IMG/VR virus record: IMGVR_UViG_3300033997_000310 | Coordinates: 1 to 64,000 of that record | Source: a virus | Direction: 5' to 3' (one strand) | Length of the DNA stretch: 64,000 bases | Shown here: positions 57,805-64,000 of the stretch, piece after piece | Layout: each line of letters opens with the position of its first letter | Position numbering within the stretch: position 1 is the stretch's first letter | Position numbers and translations under genes: made by a program | Notes under the pieces: generated by a model | Told to the model about the DNA's origin: nothing | Databases searched by the model: none | The model's input: the letters and a program-made list of their open reading frames with translations, nothing else

Positions 57805-58175
57805 TCGCCTACGCGGAGCACGAGTTTGCCCTGTCGGTGGAAACCGATGGGGCAACCCTCCGGAAGCACCTGGAGAGCGTGGAAGCGCAGACAGGCAAGC
57901 GACCGGCACAGTTGGATGGCCCCGAGTTCCCAACCGGGGTGGAGTATCTGTGGGAGTGGTACTGGCAGCTGCGTCGCCACAACGGCGGCAATGGTTTCGG
58001 GCCCGGCCCGATATCGTGGAGTGAAATCGACGCTTGGGCGAGAAGAACCGGGGCAGACCCGGCCCCCTGGGAGTTGGAAGTGATCTCTGAACTGGACGCC
58101 GCCTATCTGAAACAGCAGGCGGTTGAACGGAAAAAGAATGACGACCGACATCGCAACGCTCGGGATCAAGGTTGA
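57780..58175 (+). CDS. Tail assembly chaperone T segment (probably reached by -1 frameshift)
   Basis: -1 frame open from TCTTTTATC: YRQLRDELIAYAEHEF...YLWEWY.QL...PISWSEIDAW...WELEVI.ELD. Confidence 0.75.
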   Translation, partial: YRQLRDELIAYAEHEFALSVETDGATLRKHLESVEAQTGKRPAQLDGPEFPTGVEYLWEWYWQLRRHNGGNGFGPGPISWSEIDAWARRTGADPAPWELEVISELDAAYLKQQAVERKKNDDRHRNARDQG

Positions 58176-61100
58176 CACCACGCAAGCGGCACGCGGGGCC
58201 AGTGACCTTGAGCGCTTCGAGGAAAGCGCCGGGAAAGCCGGTCGGGCGGTCGACAAGATGGAGAACGAGGTCAACTCCATTCTGGGTCCGCTGCGTGCGC
58301 TCCAGGGCTTGTTGGCTGGTGTCACTGCGGCGCTTGGTATCCAGAAGCTGATCGAATATGCCGACACATGGAACCTGCTGAACGCGCGCATCAAGATCGT
58401 CAGCCGCTCAACGCAGGAGTTTGTCACGGCGCAGCGAGAACTGTTCCGCATCTCGCAGGAAACCAGAACGGCACTGGAGGGCACGGTCTCGCTCTATACC
58501 CGCGTCGCTGGCGTTGCGCAGCGAGCAGGTCGGTCGCAGGTCGAGGTGCTGAAGTTCACCGAGACCGTCAGCAAGGGACTCCAGGTCTCTGGCGCATCTG
58601 CGGCCGAGGCGCAGAACACCATTATCCAGCTTGGCCAAGCGCTGGCCAGCGGTGCCCTGCGTGGCGACGAGTTCAACTCCCTGCGTGAGAATGCGGGAGC
58701 CCTGGTGCAGGTGCTGGCTGATAACATCAAGGGCGTCGACGGCAACATGGGAAAGCTCCGTGAGTTCGCGGAGCAGGGCAAGCTGACGTTCGACGTGATT
58801 TTCAATGCGGCGCTGGGTGCTTCGGCCAAGATCAATGCCGACTATGCACAGCTTCCGGTAACTGTTGGCGCGGCTTTTACGGTTCTAGAAAACGCCTTCA
58901 TGAAGTTCGTCGGTGAGGTGGACAAGTCCACCGGCATCACGGCGGCTCTGTCGTCTGGACTGGTCTCGCTGTCAAAGAACCTGGATCTTGTTGCCGCATC
59001 CCTGGCAGGCTTGGCCGCCGCCGGCATCGTCGCCAGCCTGGGCACAATTATCGGCCTTATCCGGACAGCCACCACGGCCACCATCGCATGGACGGCGGCG
59101 CTGGCAACGAATCCAATTGGACTGCTGGCCGTGGCAATCTCAAGTGCTGTCGCGGCGCTGGTCTACTATCGAAATGAACTGGTGAATATCGGCAACCAGA
59201 CCGTTCGTGTCGGCAATGTGATCTCTGCCGTGTGGACGACCATTGCCGCCCCGATCGAGGCCGCTGTGAAGTGGCTGGCCGCAATGGTGCGCACACTTGC
59301 AGCGCTTGCGGCTTTCGACTTCAGCTCTGTTGGTCGCGGCCTTGGCGATGGCGCACAGGCCATGAAGGGCGCGGTATCAGATATCGAAAAGGCGTGGTCC
59401 CGTATGAACCTGCGGCCTGGACGCGATATGGGCCGCGACTCGGTCAACAACACGCCGACACCGGTCGCTGGTGTCGATCCTGCGGAGGTGAATGACAAAG
59501 AGCAACTGGTCAACGCCATCGAACGCATCATCGGCGCCTACGACAGGGAAAAGAAGATTGCCTTCGAGGTGGCCGACGCGCGCAAGCATCTGAACGCGGC
59601 GATGGAGGCCGGTTCCCAGGCACTGAAGGACCAGATCGCGGCGGCCGGGGGCGTCGATTCCATCCTGAAGCGGTACGAGGCGCAGCTTCGTAGCAACACG
59701 ACTGCGGTCAAGCAGGCCGACGCCGTCACGCAGGCATTCAAGGACCAGATCGATGACGTCAATCGTTTCTTGGCGGATCAGGCCGGCGGACTGACCGAAG
59801 CCGAGAAGGCCTACCAGCCCTATGCGGCTCAGATCGAGAAGCTGAACGACCTGCTGGCCAAGAAGGGCGTCACCGACCAACAGCGCATCGCTATCCAGGA
59901 GACGATCAACAAGCTGGAGTTGGCCGGCCGCGTCGCCATGGAAGATGCCAACGCCAAACTCCAGCGCCAGATCGATCTGCGCACCCTGGAACTGAATAGA
60001 CTGAAAGAGCGCAACGGGCTCATGTCTCGCGTCGTCGCCGGCGGCTCCGATGGACTGAAGGCTGGCGTGGAGTTGGAGGCTAAGGTCACGCAGTGGCAGA
60101 TCGACGATGCCATCCGTGGCCTCACCGATAGCCTGCGTGATGCGCGTGGGCAGATCAGCGAGACCAATCAGGCCATCATCGACGCCACCGAGGCGGAGAT
60201 GAAGCGCAATGCCGTCCTTGAGCGGCAGGCGCAGATCAACGGCCTTGCACAGACCGCAGCCGACAGCCTGGGCAACATCTTCACGCGCATCCAGTCCGGC
60301 GATTGGGGTAGCGTGGCCGAGGGCGTCGGCAAGTTCGTCACCGATTTCCAAACGCTTGAGAAGAAGACGGGCTCAACTGCCGGTGCCTTTAAGGAGTTGG
60401 GCGAAAACCTGCTGAAGTCGGCAGAGGCTGGCAACGCGCTGGGCAACATGCTGGGCAGCCTGTTCGGCCGGTCGGCGGCGGAGCAGAAGAACGCGCAGAA
60501 GGGCGGCGCCATCGGCGGCACCGTTGGCAGCTTCTTCGGAATGAAGGGGGCCGGCGCCTTCGTTGGCAACATCATCGGCGGCTTCTTCGGTACTTCCAAG
60601 GCCATGGAGCGCGCTGCGCAGAAGGCTGCCGACGTCGCCAAGCTCAACGAACAGATCGACAGCTTCCTCCAGGCCGCGTCGTCGGCCACCGATATGCAGA
60701 AGCAGCTCACGGCTTTGGATGCTCAATTCCAGTCGTTGCGGCGCGAAGCCGAGCGCTTGAAGCAGCCGGTCGACCTGCTGACGAAGGCCTATGAGGCCCA
60801 GCGCAAGAAAATCCTGGACGCCTTCGGCTCCGGCATCGACGAGCTGATCGACAAGTATTCCGGCCGGCAGGCGATGGCTGACCTGCGGGCCCTGCTGAAA
60901 GTGCAGGAGCAGCGCATCAAGGACGCGTTGGTGGCGGAATACGATCTGGGCAAGGTGCGTCGGGCCAATGCGCTGGAACTGGCTGATTTCTTCTCCAACC
61001 TGACCGAGGATCAGCTTGCCGCTTTCGGCGATCTGGTCTCCGCGCTCGACCGGGTGAAGGCCCGCATCCGCGACCTGACCACCACCATCACGGATCAACT

Positions 61101-63186
61101 CGACAAGCAGATCGACACCGCCAAGGAACTGGCGTCGGCCGCGCGCCAACAGGCGTCCGCCTTCCGTCAGCTTGCCGTGTCCCTGCGCGAACAGATCCTG
61201 GCCAACAAGACTGGTGACTTGTCGCCTCTGTCTCCGGGCGACCGCTTCTCTGCGCTCAACACCGAATTCCAGCGCCTGTTCGGCCTGGCAATGGGCGGTG
61301 ATCAGGACGCGGCCGGCAAGCTCGGTGACGCCGGGACAAGCCTTTTGGAGGCTGCCAAGGCAATGTATGCGACCGGGCCCGAGTATGTCGCCATCTTCAA
61401 CCAAGTGCAGGAAGCGCTGGCCAAGACGGCTGAGGTGGCCGATGTGCGCGCCACGGCCCTGGAGCGCATTGCCGATCTGGCGGATACGCAGGTGGTGATT
61501 CTTGAGGCCATCCGTGATGTCCTTAATACCGACCTTGGGCAGCCAACGGCCGACGCCATCGCCGCGGCGATCGCCGACGGCGTGCTGACGGTAGGGGAAA
61601 TCCAGGGTATCAACACCAAGCTGGACGAGCTTGGCCTGAAATTTGCTAACGTGACCGGCCCGGCCGCCGACGCGGTCAAGTCCGCGATCGAGACCCTGCG
61701 GCAGCAGTTGGCGCCCGGCGTGCTCACCGATGCGCAGAAGGCGGCTCTCACGACAGGTCAGCAGGCTATCGCCGACGCGCTGAACGGGTTCAAGGCCCAG
61801 CAGATCGACGAATACCGCAAGGCACTCATTGCAGCCGGCGACGCCATCGGGAAGATGCAGAACTTCCTCCTTGATCCGAACGGCAAGATCCCGGCTGCAA
61901 TCGAGGCCGCGTTCAAAGGCGCAGATATTCAAGCATCGCTGGCTACCGGCATCGAAACCCTGTTCAACGACGCCCTGGGCGATGCCTGGGAGGCGACGCC
62001 CCTCGTTGTTCGCGCCGATCAGACCTTGGCCCAGGCCGTTGGCCAGTGGACGGCGGAAAACCTGTCGACCCGCATCACCAGCCAGTTCGGGGAGGCCATC
62101 GCCAACTGGGCGACGGGTAGCGATCCGCGCACCCTGGTGCAGCGCGTGGACGAGGTATTCTCGCAGGCTATTGGTGACGAGACCGGAAATTGGCAGGGCA
62201 CGCTGAAGTCCCTGCTGGATCAACAGTCTCCGCTCGTGCTGAACCTTCAGGCGCTGACCGCACAAATTCCGCTGTTGATCGATGCCCTGAAGAATCAGGC
62301 CGCGAACGACAATGCTTCCGGCGCCTATGACGCTGCGATGCAGGCGTTCGTCAACCCGATCAAGAACGCGGCCGTCGGGGCGGTGAACAGCATCGCCAGC
62401 GTGCCGATCGACAAGCCTTCAGGCGGCAAGAACAACCGCACGGATCTGAGCGTCAATATCGCTTCCGGGCTCCAGCAGAATATCGGCGGGAACGCACAGA
62501 ACGAGGGCAGCCGCCAGCGCGCAGCAGAGCTTGGCAGCATCATGCAGACGCTTGGCCAGCAACTCGAGATGCTGACTGGCGGCACGCTGGGGACGATCCA
62601 GGTTCGCGCGGGCGAGGACACGTCCGGCTATCGCGTCGGATCGATCGACCGCATGGACGCCTATGACGGCAACGCCCATGCCCAGATCATCTCGGGGTTC
62701 ATCAACGATGCGATCAAGTCGCTGTCGGGCGGCAACGTCGAGGCGATCAAGATCCTTCAGGGCACGGACTTTACCGACATCACCGCCGGCTTCACGAACG
62801 CGGCTGCTGAAATCTACAAGCTTTTGAATCCACCAGCTTTTGCCGCTGGCGGTATGCATGCTGGCGGACTGCGTTTGGTCGGTGAAAATGGGCCCGAGTT
62901 GGAAGTCACTGGCCCTGCCCGTTATTTCAGTGCGTCGCAAACGGCATCGATGATTGATGGAGCATATGGCGCCGTAGCCGGCCGCAGCCGTGGGCAGGCG
63001 GTTACCGATCCGGCCCTGCTGTCCGAGCTGCGGGCCCTGCGCGCAAGCAACGAGGCCATGGCGGCGGAACTGTCCGCCTACCGGAAGGAGCAGGCGGAGC
63101 GAGACGGCCGGATCATCCGGAGCAACGAGGCAATGGCGGCGGACAGCAAGCGCCAAGCAGGCCAGGCAGGGGAGCGTCGCCGCTGA
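58138..63186 (+). CDS. Tape measure protein (1682 aa)
   Basis: QLGQALASGALRGDEFNS domain; C-terminal FAAGG..GGLRLVGENGPEL. Confidence 0.95.
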   Translation: MTTDIATLGIKVDTTQAARGASDLERFEESAGKAGRAVDKMENEVNSILGPLRALQGLLAGVTAALGIQKLIEYADTWNLLNARIKIVSRSTQEFVTAQRELFRISQETRTALEGTVSLYTRVAGVAQRAGRSQVEVLKFTETVSKGLQVSGASAAEAQNTIIQLGQALASGALRGDEFNSLRENAGALVQVLADNIKGVDGNMGKLREFAEQGKLTFDVIFNAALGASAKINADYAQLPVTVGAAFTVLENAFMKFVGEVDKSTGITAALSSGLVSLSKNLDLVAASLAGLAAAGIVASLGTIIGLIRTATTATIAWTAALATNPIGLLAVAISSAVAALVYYRNELVNIGNQTVRVGNVISAVWTTIAAPIEAAVKWLAAMVRTLAALAAFDFSSVGRGLGDGAQAMKGAVSDIEKAWSRMNLRPGRDMGRDSVNNTPTPVAGVDPAEVNDKEQLVNAIERIIGAYDREKKIAFEVADARKHLNAAMEAGSQALKDQIAAAGGVDSILKRYEAQLRSNTTAVKQADAVTQAFKDQIDDVNRFLADQAGGLTEAEKAYQPYAAQIEKLNDLLAKKGVTDQQRIAIQETINKLELAGRVAMEDANAKLQRQIDLRTLELNRLKERNGLMSRVVAGGSDGLKAGVELEAKVTQWQIDDAIRGLTDSLRDARGQISETNQAIIDATEAEMKRNAVLERQAQINGLAQTAADSLGNIFTRIQSGDWGSVAEGVGKFVTDFQTLEKKTGSTAGAFKELGENLLKSAEAGNALGNMLGSLFGRSAAEQKNAQKGGAIGGTVGSFFGMKGAGAFVGNIIGGFFGTSKAMERAAQKAADVAKLNEQIDSFLQAASSATDMQKQLTALDAQFQSLRREAERLKQPVDLLTKAYEAQRKKILDAFGSGIDELIDKYSGRQAMADLRALLKVQEQRIKDALVAEYDLGKVRRANALELADFFSNLTEDQLAAFGDLVSALDRVKARIRDLTTTITDQLDKQIDTAKELASAARQQASAFRQLAVSLREQILANKTGDLSPLSPGDRFSALNTEFQRLFGLAMGGDQDAAGKLGDAGTSLLEAAKAMYATGPEYVAIFNQVQEALAKTAEVADVRATALERIADLADTQVVILEAIRDVLNTDLGQPTADAIAAAIADGVLTVGEIQGINTKLDELGLKFANVTGPAADAVKSAIETLRQQLAPGVLTDAQKAALTTGQQAIADALNGFKAQQIDEYRKALIAAGDAIGKMQNFLLDPNGKIPAAIEAAFKGADIQASLATGIETLFNDALGDAWEATPLVVRADQTLAQAVGQWTAENLSTRITSQFGEAIANWATGSDPRTLVQRVDEVFSQAIGDETGNWQGTLKSLLDQQSPLVLNLQALTAQIPLLIDALKNQAANDNASGAYDAAMQAFVNPIKNAAVGAVNSIASVPIDKPSGGKNNRTDLSVNIASGLQQNIGGNAQNEGSRQRAAELGSIMQTLGQQLEMLTGGTLGTIQVRAGEDTSGYRVGSIDRMDAYDGNAHAQIISGFINDAIKSLSGGNVEAIKILQGTDFTDITAGFTNAAAEIYKLLNPPAFAAGGMHAGGLRLVGENGPELEVTGPARYFSASQTASMIDGAYGAVAGRSRGQAVTDPALLSELRALRASNEAMAAELSAYRKEQAERDGRIIRSNEAMAADSKRQAGQAGERRR

Positions 63187-64000
63187 TGGCCTTCTCCCCC
63201 GCCTTCCTCGACCTCATCGCCCAGCCGAACGCCGTCCGCTCCTATCTGGTGACGGTGCAGCCCTATGCAGTCGTGCGGGCCAGCATGGCGCAGGTGGCCA
63301 GCGGCAACCGCCTGACGGCCGCTGCCGGCACCTTCAGCACGATGAAGCCATGGGACACCGGCCTGACCCTCAGCCGGCCCGCGACAGGCGATGTGACCAT
63401 CGGCATCAGCGACGTGGCGGACGACGGCTCATGGGTGCAGGTCACCGGGGTGACGCTGAGCAATGTCGCCGCAGCCACCTGCACCATCAGCGGGCTGGTC
63501 GACCGGTACTTCAGCACGGGCGGCTACAACACGACGCCCACGGACACGCCGGCCAACCGCCATTACGAGGATGGCGTTGAGAACGCGCTGTCCTTCACGC
63601 GGACGATGTACGACGGCACCAAGATCGGCGGACGCTCTATCCCCGGCCGTGGCGACATTGTTCTGCATAACCTGAATGGCCGGTTTGATGGCTATCGCTC
63701 GTGGGGCTGGGCAGGGCGCCGCGTCACGGTAGAGCTTGGCGCCACCAGCTTCGCGCGCAACGAATTTGGCGTCATCTTTGTCGGCGTGACGGCCGGCGTA
63801 TCGCTCTCCGACGATCGGTTCTCCATTTCCGTCCGCGATCTGACCGAACTGCTTAACCAGGCGCTCTATGCCCCCCGCTATCGCGGGACCGGCGGGTACG
63901 AGGGCGGCATCGACCTGCTGGATCAGGTCAAGCCGATCTGCATCGGGAAGTGCCAGAACATCGAGCCCGTGCCGCTGGGCATCATCGACGGGCGGTTTAC
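63186..64000 (+). CDS. Tail tip protein, truncated by window end (not in ORF track)
   Basis: TGATG-coupled ORF MAFSPAFLDL...YFSTGGY...Y.GTGG.EG...KPICIGKCQNIEPV, open to the end. Confidence 0.8.
   Translation, partial: MAFSPAFLDLIAQPNAVRSYLVTVQPYAVVRASMAQVASGNRLTAAAGTFSTMKPWDTGLTLSRPATGDVTIGISDVADDGSWVQVTGVTLSNVAAATCTISGLVDRYFSTGGYNTTPTDTPANRHYEDGVENALSFTRTMYDGTKIGGRSIPGRGDIVLHNLNGRFDGYRSWGWAGRRVTVELGATSFARNEFGVIFVGVTAGVSLSDDRFSISVRDLTELLNQALYAPRYRGTGGYEGGIDLLDQVKPICIGKCQNIEPVPLGIIDGRF

Noticed and set aside
60373-62265. Long antisense ORFs (630 aa here; also 55809-57173, 50267-51277, 32960-34156)
   Set aside because: They mirror well-supported plus-strand genes; typical shadow ORFs in GC3-biased DNA, with no motifs.
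1-64000. CRISPR array, integrase/att site, reverse transcriptase/DGR, rRNA
   Set aside because: No regularly spaced repeats or matching motifs seen. Lifestyle cannot be fixed from this window, though the antirepressor and operators suggest a temperate phage.

Overview
About 64 kb of a large, GC-rich, long-tailed (siphovirus-type) phage or prophage. The host is probably an alphaproteobacterium, judging by a GcrA-type domain and an alpha-r8/suhB-like sRNA. The virion genes sit in three blocks: terminase-portal (8.5-11.8 kb), a gpF/gp7 minor head gene (34.7-37.3 kb), and scaffold-capsid-neck-tail-tape measure (49.4-64 kb). Between them are dense strings of accessory genes: SNF2 helicase + IbrA/IbrB, DHFR, a replication initiator with iterons, antirepressor, HU, RNA ligase, two DNA methyltransferases, M16 and M10-like proteases, DEDDh exonuclease, ASCH, ACP, an IS200/IS605 element, four HNH endonucleases and three tRNAs. 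Main discoveries: (1) the gpF head gene is fractured by a naturally split intein whose halves flank a free-standing zinc-finger HNH endonuclease, and the C-intein is unusually acidic; (2) two ~480-500 nt highly structured non-coding regions each start right after a tRNA CCA (GOLLD-like or new large RNAs); (3) an ATG-N9-CAT palindrome recurs at intergenic and promoter sites across the window, with a second ATATGC-N5-GCATAT palindrome at three promoters; (4) a C4/CI-like antisense attenuation locus lies at the left end; (5) there is a wHTH-DnaA(IV)-GcrA chimeric regulator and an orphan BrnA-like antitoxin fragment. All family assignments come from recognising motifs by eye; no database search was run.
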